A stretch of DNA of 64,000 nt from Rubripirellula sp. (lineage in GTDB: Bacteria > Planctomycetota > Planctomycetia > Pirellulales > Pirellulaceae): contig OZ244207.1 of NCBI GenBank assembly GCA_965216875.1, positions 7,360,001 to 7,424,000 on the forward strand, given 5' to 3'. The notes under the pieces are model-generated. The model was not told the DNA's origin. It saw nothing but the letters and a program-made list of their open reading frames with translations, and did not search any database. A program made the position numbers and the translations under genes. Of this stretch, positions 31,589-40,968 are shown piece by piece (position 1 is the stretch's first letter; every line of letters starts with the position of its first letter).

Positions 31589-32713
31589 ATGTCAGCACAA
31601 GATTCACAACCCCATTCGGCCGTCGAACCTCTGCGCAGCGTCCACACTTCGAACCTGCCCGAGATTCTTCAGCAACTTGGCGTCTCGGTGATGGTCACGA
31701 CCTATCAGGCCGGGCGTTTGGTCATCTTGCGTAGCCAAGACGGTGTCCTCAACACGCACTTCCGAGTTTTCGATAAACCGATGGGACTCGCCGTCGGCGA
31801 CAATCGACTTGCGATCGGCAGCGCGATGAGTGTTTGGGAATTTCACAATTTGCCAGCTGTTTGCCAAAGGCTGAACGTCAGCGAAGACGGCTCGCCCCTA
31901 CCGCAACAACACGATGCCTGTTTCTTGCCTCGGACGACGCATTGGACCGGCGACATCCAGATCCACGAAATGGCTTGGGTCGGAAGTGGTAACGATGCCG
32001 AACTTTGGTTCGTCAACACGCTCTTTTCCTGCCTATGCCGGCGCAGTGCGATCCACAATTTCGATCCCGTTTGGCGACCTCCCTTTATTGATCGCTACGT
32101 GCCCGGCGACTGCTGTCACCTCAACGGTCTTGGACTCCGCGACGGCAAGCCGCGTTACGTCACAGCACTTGGTGAAACGAACCAACCGCGGCAATGGCGT
32201 GACAACAAGAAAGATGGCGGTATCTTGATCGACATCGAATCGGGTGAAACGATCTGTCGAGGTTTGTCGATGCCTCATTCGCCGCGGTGGTACCGCGATC
32301 GGCTTTGGCTACTCGAGTCAGGCCATGGCGGTTTTGGGTTCATCGACCCCGCCACAGGACGCTACGAATCGATCGTTCAGTTGCCAGGCTTTACGCGCGG
32401 GCTCTCGTTTGCCGGCCCGATCGCGTTCGTAGGGCTTTCTCAAGTGCGCGAGTCGGCTGTGTTTGGCGGCGTGCCGATCGCCGAGAAGAAACTCGAAGAA
32501 CGTACCTGTGGTGTTTGGGTGATCAACATCGAAACTGGTGAAGTGATCGGGTTCGTTAAGTTTGAAGACGCCGTTCAGGAAATCTTTGCTGTCGAAGCGA
32601 TCTCGGCTCGGTACCCCGAATTGATCAACGAAGACCGCGAACTGATGGCGGGATCGTTTGAATTACCCGACGATGCACTTGCCGATGTGCCACCAGAACT
32701 CCGCTCTCAATAG
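31589..32713 (+). CDS. TIGR03032 (DUF4915) family protein
   Basis: TTYQAG, 'TGDIQIHEM', 'VNTLFSCL', 'CHLNGL', 'GLSMPHSPRW', 'LPGFTRGL' and 'VGLSQVRE'. Confidence 0.9.
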   Translation: MSAQDSQPHSAVEPLRSVHTSNLPEILQQLGVSVMVTTYQAGRLVILRSQDGVLNTHFRVFDKPMGLAVGDNRLAIGSAMSVWEFHNLPAVCQRLNVSEDGSPLPQQHDACFLPRTTHWTGDIQIHEMAWVGSGNDAELWFVNTLFSCLCRRSAIHNFDPVWRPPFIDRYVPGDCCHLNGLGLRDGKPRYVTALGETNQPRQWRDNKKDGGILIDIESGETICRGLSMPHSPRWYRDRLWLLESGHGGFGFIDPATGRYESIVQLPGFTRGLSFAGPIAFVGLSQVRESAVFGGVPIAEKKLEERTCGVWVINIETGEVIGFVKFEDAVQEIFAVEAISARYPELINEDRELMAGSFELPDDALADVPPELRSQ

Positions 32714-32734
32714 AACCTCCACACGCGACCAGCC

Positions 32735-33082
32735 ATGACACGTCTCTTTGCAGGCACGCCCTTCGACATTCCGCCTCGTTGTGATCGGTGCGGTGACTTG
32801 GAGCAGGATTGCAAGTGCCCTGAGTTGCCCGAAACGCCGAGCTACCTGCCACCCGAGAAACAAACGGCCAAGGTGCGCGTTGATCGTCGCAAGCACAAGC
32901 GGTTTGCGACCGTTGTTTGGGGCCTGGATCCGAGCGAGTGCGATTTGCCGGATCTGCTTTCAAAACTCAAATCGGCATGTGGTGCCGGTGGTTCGATCCA
33001 GGAAAACCAAATCGAACTGCAAGGCGATCATCTGGATCGCGTCAAAGCACAGCTCAAGAAACTTGGCTATCGGGTGAAGTAG
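32735..33082 (+). CDS. yciH: Translation initiation factor SUI1/YciH
   Basis: 'LKSACGAGGS...IELQGDH' signature and an N-terminal Cys knuckle. Confidence 0.9.
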   Translation: MTRLFAGTPFDIPPRCDRCGDLEQDCKCPELPETPSYLPPEKQTAKVRVDRRKHKRFATVVWGLDPSECDLPDLLSKLKSACGAGGSIQENQIELQGDHLDRVKAQLKKLGYRVK

Positions 33083-33159
33083 GTTGGGCTGCTGCTCGAG
33101 ATAGGCAGGCTTCGACAATCGCAGTCACGAAGTGGACGACGCCCTGGTCAAGAGAGCGA

Positions 33160-34944
33160 TCACTTTGCGGCGGGCGCCGGTTGGCTTTCGCTATCGTCGT
33201 TGATCGGCTTGGGTGGCGACTTGAGATTGATCTCGAGGATCGTGTTGACCACATCGATCAGTTGGTCCAGGCGGAATGGCTTGTAGAGCACGCATTTGCG
33301 TGGAAGGCCCGCCTGGTGAGCCTTGACGATGGAGTGGCCGGGATCGTAGCCAAATCCGGTCATCAAAACCATTGGCACACGATCCATGATCTTTCCAAGG
33401 CGAAGCATCAGCTGATAGCCACTGTAATCGGGCAAGCTAATGTCACTGATGATCACGTCATAGCCGGTGGCTCCACCGCTGCCGCGAACCATCAGCACGG
33501 CTTCGTCGCCCTTGTGGGCCGTTTCGACGATACAGCCGTAACGTTCCAGCAGCGTGTGAGCGTCCTCTCGGACCTTTTCGTCGGCGTCGACCACGAGGAT
33601 GCGTTTGTCGCGCAACGAGGCTTGTTGGGGAGACTGAACGCCGGCCGGTACGGCTTCGAGTGGGGTCAGCTTTTGACCGACTTGCTGGATCGTTTGCTTG
33701 ATGTCTCTAGCGTTGTGCAAGATGCGGCGGATGCGATCGACCACGTCGGGGCTGTGTCCGATGTAGCCTTCCATGACGTTCACTGCGTCATTAAGGATCT
33801 CGTCAACCGGCATGGCGACCGCGCTGTGAATCGCGTCACAGCTCTGCTGGGCCGTGTTGGCTTTTTGTGCAACCAGTAGTTCGAGCGTGTTGAGCGCGAA
33901 CGCGATATCGCGAGCAAAGATTTCCAAGAACTGTAGGTCGCTGTCGCCAAAGGCTGACGGCTCGGGGCTTTCGACGTTGATCGTTCCGAGCACCTGGTCA
34001 TGCAAAATCAGTGGCACGGTCAGCGAACTCCGCGACGTTGCCACACCCGGGATGAACAAGGGGTCGTTGACGACGTCTTGGCACACGTAGCTCATGCCAC
34101 TGGCGGCCACATAGCCCGTGATGCCGTTGCCTTGTGGGTGAGCAAAGAGTTTGCGATCGCTCGCGTCTTGATCGATCCCAACGCTCAACAGCGGGACAAG
34201 GTTGCCAGTGTCGTGAGCGAGCAAGCGAATCTCGATCACTTCAAAATTGAGGAGATCACTGAGGTAGTGACGAATGTTCTCTTTCAAGAGGTCGATCCGC
34301 TCATCAACCTCCATCATGAAGATCTCGGAGGGACGCAGGTCGGCAAGTTCGCGTCCGGCTTGGTGAATCGCGGCGAGCTTCTGTTGTTGAAGAATCTCTT
34401 CGGTGATGTCGCCGACAGTGACGATGAGTTGGCGGCTGTGATCGGGTTGAACAATCGGTGCCGCGTGAATCTGGTAGTAGCGATTCTCGTGACTGACCAT
34501 GGTGCTGCCGGTCTGTTCCCCCGTCGCAAGTGCGGTGTGGAACGGACAGAAATCGGGACCCATGATTTCAGGGTTTCCGAGCAGCTCATAAAAGCTCATG
34601 CCAATCGGCGAGTCTTCGCCAAGCTGAGCCCACTGCAGCAGCTGGCGGTTTGCCCACAGCACGCGGTTGTCACTGTCCAGCAGTGCAGCTCCCTCGGGCA
34701 TGTCGCGAAGCATGACTCCGCTTTGAGCGACGCCGCGGAGTTCGGCCAGCTGAGGTAGCTGTTCGCGTGAGATCCAGACTCCAGCGATCGAAGGGTCAGA
34801 AAGCTCATCGACCACCGGTACGGAGGTATCGACAACGACCAAGTCGTTGTTTCGCAGCTCCTCAGGCAGAGAATCGGGCGATCCAACGCAAATGATTTTG
34901 CGCGGTTCTGTCGAGGACTGTGTTGCTTGCGGTGATCGATTCAT
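33160..34944 (-). CDS. PAS-GAF-receiver signalling protein
   Basis: PAS-like segment, GAF ('GITGYVAA...VPLILHDQVLGTINVES') and C-terminal REC ('ILVVD...IISDISLPD...MTG...KPF'). Confidence 0.85.
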   Translation of the reverse strand: MNRSPQATQSSTEPRKIICVGSPDSLPEELRNNDLVVVDTSVPVVDELSDPSIAGVWISREQLPQLAELRGVAQSGVMLRDMPEGAALLDSDNRVLWANRQLLQWAQLGEDSPIGMSFYELLGNPEIMGPDFCPFHTALATGEQTGSTMVSHENRYYQIHAAPIVQPDHSRQLIVTVGDITEEILQQQKLAAIHQAGRELADLRPSEIFMMEVDERIDLLKENIRHYLSDLLNFEVIEIRLLAHDTGNLVPLLSVGIDQDASDRKLFAHPQGNGITGYVAASGMSYVCQDVVNDPLFIPGVATSRSSLTVPLILHDQVLGTINVESPEPSAFGDSDLQFLEIFARDIAFALNTLELLVAQKANTAQQSCDAIHSAVAMPVDEILNDAVNVMEGYIGHSPDVVDRIRRILHNARDIKQTIQQVGQKLTPLEAVPAGVQSPQQASLRDKRILVVDADEKVREDAHTLLERYGCIVETAHKGDEAVLMVRGSGGATGYDVIISDISLPDYSGYQLMLRLGKIMDRVPMVLMTGFGYDPGHSIVKAHQAGLPRKCVLYKPFRLDQLIDVVNTILEINLKSPPKPINDDSESQPAPAAK

Positions 34945-36180
34945 CGATCTTCTCCCACCACAACCCGCATGCGGTCAGTGTGTTGCCTTGTCCGGTCAAT
35001 CAAGCCCAATCGGTCTCAGTTGATTGGGGCTCCCAAACATCCCGTTCTAGCAGCCAGTCTTCAAACGGGAAGCCTGGCAAGTTTGATTCGGAATGCGTTT
35101 GACGTTGCAACTCACTTGGTTCTCGATGCCAATCGCCGATCGTCGGCGACGCGAGCTCTTTTCGCGGGTTGCCCACTTCCCACTTGGCATCATACGAACC
35201 AACAACGATTTGTCACACCGTGTTAACGCCTATTTGGTGAACTTCTTCCGTGCCTATCGGCTCCTCTCTGCCTTCATCATTACTACTAGAATGCAATCTG
35301 CGGTGATTTGTTCCTGGAAAACTGCCCTTGTGCGCGCTCTCTGGGCTGCGGTTCTCTGGGTCGCGCTAGTTCTCTGGGCTGCTTCGTTCCCTGCCGTGGG
35401 ACGGTCCTCCAACCAGCGCAACTCTCATCGTGCCTCAATCGCGTTTGCGCCAATGATTGAGTCCTCGCCACCCGCGACCGAATTCGCTTGATCGGTGCGA
35501 CGGTATGCGTCTTTCGGTATCGTTGGGCGTCTTCCGGGAATGCTGGGGTTTCTGTCGACCGATGGGCTGACATGCGCCCGATTGGCTGCCCAGGATGCTC
35601 TGTGCATCGCATCAGCACCGATCGCGGCCCCGTGTACCCGATCTCGGCCAGGCGATTCGTGTGGCTCACACCGAGCGGCTCCGTCTTGTTGCGTCCAGCG
35701 CGTGCTTGTTGCTTCCCACTCTTGCTTCAGGTCGTAGGGGCAACCAGGTGCGAATTCTGGTGGAAGCGTCGATCGCATGCACGACTCACGATGCGATCGT
35801 AGGTAAACTGGATGGCGTTGAGTGCATGGTTGAGTGCTCACTTTTCCAAGCCTCCCAGAGTGACGTCGTTGCGGTGATCCGTCAGGCTCCTCCTCCATGC
35901 TTCCGCTTAGCCGGTCCCCAAAGGTAGGGCAAGCTGCGCCATCTTATTGACCGCGTAGACGAGAGCCCAAAACCGCACGTTTTAACTGAAAAAATCGGCT
36001 ATCTGATTATTTGTTGAAATTGCGACGTTTGGTGAGAGCGAATCGTTGACACCATATCACCAACGTCTACATTTATCCGAACGTGGGGTGAATTCGCCCC
36101 ATCTTACGCAGCCGTTAAAAACTTCCTCGTATGTCTACTTATGTCTCACGGGCTGTGAGCAAATTGGAGGGTTGTCCTTG

Positions 36181-38310
36181 ATGAGAACACATGTATTAAC
36201 CAGCTTCCTCGGCTTGTGCGTTGCAGTGATGTTTGCTGCAAACGTTCAAGCAGGATCAGGATGCGGTGATTGCGGCGGCTGCGCGAGCGGTTCGCCATGC
36301 GAGACCGTTTCCGGCTGCGGCGGTTCAGACTGCGGTGGCTGCGGTACTGCGGACTGCGGTACCACCTACGAAACTCGGACCGTCATGCGTCCGCAGTACG
36401 TGACCGAGACCCGTATGGTCCCAACCACGACCTATCAAAAAGAAACTCGCACACGCACACGTACCGTTTGCAAGCGAGTGGCTCGAGTCGAAACCAAGAC
36501 TCAAACCTACACAGTGAATGTTCCTCAGACCAAGACACGCACCGAGACCTACAACGTCCAAGTTTGCGTGCCTTACACCACCGAGGAAAAGTACACGGTT
36601 CAAGTTCCCGTTAAGAGCGAGCGTGAAGAGACTTACCAAGTCTGCGTTCCTTACACCGAGGACGTCGAGCAAACCTACACCGTTTGCGTGCCAAAGACTT
36701 CGACCGTCACCCAAAACTACAAGGTCAGCGTTCCTTACACCGAAACGCAAACCTACACAGTTGCGGTCCCTTACACCGAGCAAGTCGAACAGCAATACAC
36801 CGTTCGCGTGCCAGTGAAGAAGTCGCGTGAGGAAACCTACAAAGTTCGCGTTCCTTACACCGAGCAAGTTGAACAGCACTACACCGTGCAAGTTCCTGTG
36901 AAGTCGACCAAGACGGTTGAGTACCAAGTCTGTGTTCCTTACACCGAGACGGTCACTCAAAACTACACCGTCAAGGTTCCTTACACCGAGACTCGTACTC
37001 AGAACTACACCGTTTCGGTTCCTTACACCGAAGACGTCGAGCAAAAGTACACCGTTTCGGTTCCTTACACCGAGGAAGTCGAACAGAAGTACACCGTGAA
37101 GGTTCCTTACACTGAAGAAGTGGAAGAGACCTACACCGTTCGCGTTCCTGTCAAGGAAACCAAGACCGGTACCCGTACTGTCACCAAGTGCGTTCCTGTG
37201 ACCACCATGCGTACGGTCACCAAGGACAAGGGCAGCTACGAATGCCAAGCGGTTGAAGTCAGCGGATCGGCATGCGGCGGATGTGCACCTGCTCCAGCTT
37301 GTGGCGGATGCGACACCGGTTGCGGTGGATGCGAAACCGTTGCTGACGCATGCGGTTGTGCTCCTAAGGTTGTTTACAAGCGAGTTTGGGTTCCAAACCT
37401 CGTGACCGAAGAAGTGCCTTGCACCACTTACGAGCGTCAAACGACTGAGGTTCCTTACACCTACACCGTTTGCAGCTACAACACCGAGACTCGTACTCGT
37501 AAGGTTCCTGTCACCAAGTGCCGAACCGAAGAGCGAACTCGTACCGTTAAGTGCACCAAGTACCGCACTGAAGAGCGCACCCGAACCTGCAAGGTTCAAA
37601 AGTGCCGCACCGAAGAGCGTACTCGTGAGTACCAAGTCACCTTGTGCCGCACTGAAGAGCGCACTCGTGAAGTACCTGTGACTCGCTATCGCAATGAAAC
37701 TCGCACCAAGGAAGTGCCTGTTTGCACCATGACCACCGAGCAACGCACTCGAATGGTCAACGTCTGCAAGTACCGCTGCGAAGACCGCACTCGCACCGTC
37801 AACTACTGCGAATGGGAAAACCAAACCCGCACTCGCACGGTTAACGTTTGCAAGACGCGTAACGAAGAGCGTACTCGCGAAGTCACCAAGTACCGCTGCG
37901 AAGATCGCACTCGCGAAGTTCCTGTGACCACCATGGTCCGCGAAACTCGCACTCGCACCGTGCCTGTGACCAAGACCAAGATGGAAACCCGCACTCGCAT
38001 GGTTCCTGTGACGACTTACAACACGGAAGAGCGTACTCGCACCGTGACTCGTCAACGCATGGAAACTCAAGAGCGTAGCCGCGAAGTTTCTTACACCGTT
38101 TGCGTTCCTGAAGAACGCACTCGCACCTACAACGTCACCGTGTACGACACCGTCAAGGAAGAAGTTCCTGAGGAGTACACCGTGTGCGTTCCAGTGCAAA
38201 CGATGAAAGAAGTTCAAGTTCGCGTCTGCAAGCCAGTGGCTGTTGAAGTCCAAGTTCCCGTTTCGGGATGCAACGGCTGTGCAACCGCTGACCCTTGTGC
38301 TTGCAAGTAA
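36181..38310 (+). CDS. Secreted YTV-repeat, Cys-rich envelope/structural protein (709 aa)
   Basis: GGAGG RBS, signal peptide, CGGC-rich termini and hinge, 14-aa VPYTE..YTV repeats followed by RTEERTR repeats. Strongly biased codon use. Confidence 0.9.
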   Translation: MRTHVLTSFLGLCVAVMFAANVQAGSGCGDCGGCASGSPCETVSGCGGSDCGGCGTADCGTTYETRTVMRPQYVTETRMVPTTTYQKETRTRTRTVCKRVARVETKTQTYTVNVPQTKTRTETYNVQVCVPYTTEEKYTVQVPVKSEREETYQVCVPYTEDVEQTYTVCVPKTSTVTQNYKVSVPYTETQTYTVAVPYTEQVEQQYTVRVPVKKSREETYKVRVPYTEQVEQHYTVQVPVKSTKTVEYQVCVPYTETVTQNYTVKVPYTETRTQNYTVSVPYTEDVEQKYTVSVPYTEEVEQKYTVKVPYTEEVEETYTVRVPVKETKTGTRTVTKCVPVTTMRTVTKDKGSYECQAVEVSGSACGGCAPAPACGGCDTGCGGCETVADACGCAPKVVYKRVWVPNLVTEEVPCTTYERQTTEVPYTYTVCSYNTETRTRKVPVTKCRTEERTRTVKCTKYRTEERTRTCKVQKCRTEERTREYQVTLCRTEERTREVPVTRYRNETRTKEVPVCTMTTEQRTRMVNVCKYRCEDRTRTVNYCEWENQTRTRTVNVCKTRNEERTREVTKYRCEDRTREVPVTTMVRETRTRTVPVTKTKMETRTRMVPVTTYNTEERTRTVTRQRMETQERSREVSYTVCVPEERTRTYNVTVYDTVKEEVPEEYTVCVPVQTMKEVQVRVCKPVAVEVQVPVSGCNGCATADPCACK

Positions 38311-38380
38311 TCTTGTGACTGCGATTCGTTTCGCTTGATCAGCCCGACGGGCCCGATAAGCGAAACAACAAAAAACGACG

Positions 38381-38414
38381 AAACCCCGAAGGCAAACGCC
38401 TTCGGGGTTTTTTA
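38381..38414 (+). terminator. Rho-independent terminator
   Basis: AAACCCCGAAGGC-aaac-GCCTTCGGGGTTT followed by a T-run, downstream of the YTV gene. Confidence 0.9.
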
Positions 38415-38584
38415 TTGTGTAGGCCGAATCAAGGAGCGACAGCGACACAGATCCGCCATGAGGCAGTGCTTTCAACAAGACGCCCCGCCGTTTACGCCAG
38501 GCACGGCTCACGCGCACCGCGATCAACACGGTAGATTGAAAGGGTCTCCTCTTCGGCTCCTCAAAACGAAAAACGACCATCATC

Positions 38585-39367
38585 ATGTCTGTCGATGTCA
38601 AGGTTCACGATCACGTTGCCACGATCTTGATGGATCGCGCCAACGCCCGGAACGCGCTCAGCCCACAACTGGTCAACGATCTGCAAACTGCGTTTTCAGA
38701 CCTGCATCAAGAGAAAAAGGTTTCGGCCGTCGTCCTGACGGGTGTTGGCGACCACTTTTGTTCGGGAGTCGACTTGAAAGTGCTGCGTGAGATCAGTGAG
38801 ATGCCGCAGCAGGAGGCGCTGGGTGAGTGGTTGACGTTGTGGCGGCACCAGGTTGAGTTGTTTGAGCAGATGTTGAGGTTCCCCAAGCCGATCATCGCTG
38901 CGGTTGATGGCGTGGCTGTAGGTGCAGGGTTTGCGCTCGCGTTGGCTTGTGACCTGATCGTTCCCTCGGAATCGACTTGGTTTTCGGCTGCAGCGATCAA
39001 ACGCGGGCTGGTTGGTGGAGCGACCGCGGCGCTGTTGACGTTTCGAGGTGGTGGTGCGATTGCTGCGCGAATGCTGCTCGGTGGCCAGGATCTTAGTGCG
39101 AGCGCCGCCTACAGCCTGGGCCTGTGTCTTCAGCCCGTGACAAGCGACCAGATCTGGGTCGCTGCGGTCGAACAGGCCAAGCAATCGAGTTGCGGGCCAC
39201 AAGAAGCCGTTCAGGCGACCAAGCGTTTGCTGAACGAGAGCATCGGAGAAATCCTGATCAGCCAACTCGCTTCCGGCGCTGCTGACAGTGCAACGGCATG
39301 CACGACCGAATCAGCCACCGAAGGGATCAAGTCGTTCCTCGAAAAACGCGAACCCAATTGGCCGTAG
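38585..39367 (+). CDS. Enoyl-CoA hydratase/isomerase (crotonase) family protein
   Basis: 'RNAL', 'FCSGVDL', 'PKPIIAAVDG.AVGAG..LALACD' and 'EGIKSFLEKREP'. Confidence 0.9.
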   Translation: MSVDVKVHDHVATILMDRANARNALSPQLVNDLQTAFSDLHQEKKVSAVVLTGVGDHFCSGVDLKVLREISEMPQQEALGEWLTLWRHQVELFEQMLRFPKPIIAAVDGVAVGAGFALALACDLIVPSESTWFSAAAIKRGLVGGATAALLTFRGGGAIAARMLLGGQDLSASAAYSLGLCLQPVTSDQIWVAAVEQAKQSSCGPQEAVQATKRLLNESIGEILISQLASGAADSATACTTESATEGIKSFLEKREPNWP

Positions 39368-39382
39368 TGCCCGTCCCACCTC

Positions 39383-39670
39383 GATACCCCGCTCCGCGTG
39401 GTAACGCACTTTTTGGACGCTCTGCGTCCTCTTCGTAGGTCGTGCTCCGCATGACGGGTACTCACATGCGTGCAATGGAGTGAAAGGCCCGACGCTAGCG
39501 CGTTCGGCTCACGAGCAGTCACAACCACATTGTGCGGCAACATCAACCGCAGAGCGATAGCTCGCGGTTATGCTGATTGACTGACGGCAGGAACCGCACG
39601 CTATCGCGTTGCGGCTGATCGTCGATCACCGCTGAAAACTGAGCGGCACGGCATCAGCCGCCGGTATTTC
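39383..39670. repeat. REP mosaic: family E, family C (39485-39512), family D (39542-39619)
   Basis: The ATCAACCGCAGAGCGATAGCTCGCGGTT...AACCGCACGCTATCGCGTTGCGGCTGAT doublet matches 52240-52309. Confidence 0.75.
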
Positions 39671-39719
39671 GAGTACTCGGCCCGCGTGTGTTTGGTTCAC
39701 ATAGGTGACGGGCGAGCTG

Positions 39720-40658
39720 CTAGGCGGCGCGACGGAGCGGCTGGTCGCTTTGAGTTTCCGGCAGGCTCAAGACCGGCTCGTCGTCATCAACGTCTGGCAT
39801 GACCGTCAGGTCGACGCGCTGTTGAAGCTGCTTGAGTTTCAACGGTGCGAGTGCTTGGCCTAGGGATTCAACCAGACGTGTTGGGTTTGTGATCGCTGCC
39901 AAGGCTGCGTTGGTGAGTGACCAGCCGAAGCCGCTCTTACCGTCGAACAAGCCTTGCAAGGCTCGAAGCGTTTGGCCTCGGGAAAACGACGACTTGTCGC
40001 CGATGGCATCCCCTTCCATTTCGACCAGACTCTCCGTTGCAACCACGCTTTGCCAACCGGCATCATCAAGGAGTTGCCCAAACGCATAGCTGGTCGAGAG
40101 CGTGTCGTTGCCACCATCAAACGCTTGCGACATGGCCACCGCGAGTTCGCGACGAAAGAAAGCCGCTTGAATATAGGGAGCGAATGATTTGGCAATCGAC
40201 TTCGTGCTCAGTTTCGACTCGCCCTTTCCAGCCGGCACGCAGAGTTTGGTGCCTGCATCGCACCAACCTGCCGCTGCAACCTCATCAACCGAAACGCCGC
40301 GAATCACTGGAGTCACCGCACCCGTGTCAGGATTCTCAAAACGCTCGACGGCGTCATCTGTCCAACCGGCGGTGGCTCGCAGCCCATCGCTTAGCACATG
40401 GACGATCTGGCCGTTAGCTGCTTCAAACGAAGCTGACAATAAACCTGCGTAGGACGCTGACTTGCCTGTCACAAAGCGAACTTCGTCGCAAAGGTCAAAA
40501 GGGTCTTCGTAGCCGCCGTCGTGAGCAACTAGGACTTCACAGTCACTCGGCCGATTCTCGAGCACGCTCACCAACGTATTTTCAAACGCAGGCAGATCTC
40601 GCCCGATCGGGATGACTACTGACAAACTCGGAATCGGAGGAAACTTAGGCACCGACAT
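39720..40658 (-). CDS. Glycosyltransferase family 2-like protein (divergent)
   Basis: 'LSVVIP...TLVSVL...EVLVAHDG' GT-A N-terminus. Start trimmed to MSVPKF. Confidence 0.7.
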   Translation of the reverse strand: MSVPKFPPIPSLSVVIPIGRDLPAFENTLVSVLENRPSDCEVLVAHDGGYEDPFDLCDEVRFVTGKSASYAGLLSASFEAANGQIVHVLSDGLRATAGWTDDAVERFENPDTGAVTPVIRGVSVDEVAAAGWCDAGTKLCVPAGKGESKLSTKSIAKSFAPYIQAAFFRRELAVAMSQAFDGGNDTLSTSYAFGQLLDDAGWQSVVATESLVEMEGDAIGDKSSFSRGQTLRALQGLFDGKSGFGWSLTNAALAAITNPTRLVESLGQALAPLKLKQLQQRVDLTVMPDVDDDEPVLSLPETQSDQPLRRAA

Positions 40659-40968
40659 CGTCCCAAATCTTTTCGACACAAGCCCGATGGCCTGGCGAGC
40701 CTGGCGGCCCGACAAGCGTGATGGCCCTGTCACTCACGCCAAATCAAGGTGTGGATTCACACAACGAACATTCATGGTGGACGGCAAGAGCCATCCGCTC
40801 TCCCTTTTCGGAAAAGCTGCTACAAAATGTTGAGCCGTTCGACATGCGAGAATTGGAAAGTCAGGAAGTTTGGTTAAGCCCCCTACGAAGGCATTTCCTA
40901 ATCGGCACAATTTAACAGCGGCCAAAGCGATGGCACGCGGAAAAAACACGAGTGAGAGGCGATCAAGG

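Noticed and set aside
32917..33879. 320-aa plus-strand ORF
   Set aside because: It is an antisense shadow of the PAS-GAF-REC gene and overlaps yciH.
35093..35927. Several 80-157 aa ORFs in the long intergenic region
   Set aside because: They overlap each other, have no RBS or recognisable motifs, and have atypical composition. None is supportable.
36325..38601. 758-aa antisense ORF over the YTV gene
   Set aside because: It is a shadow of the repetitive, codon-biased sense gene. It has no recognisable motifs, while the sense gene has an RBS, signal peptide and terminator.
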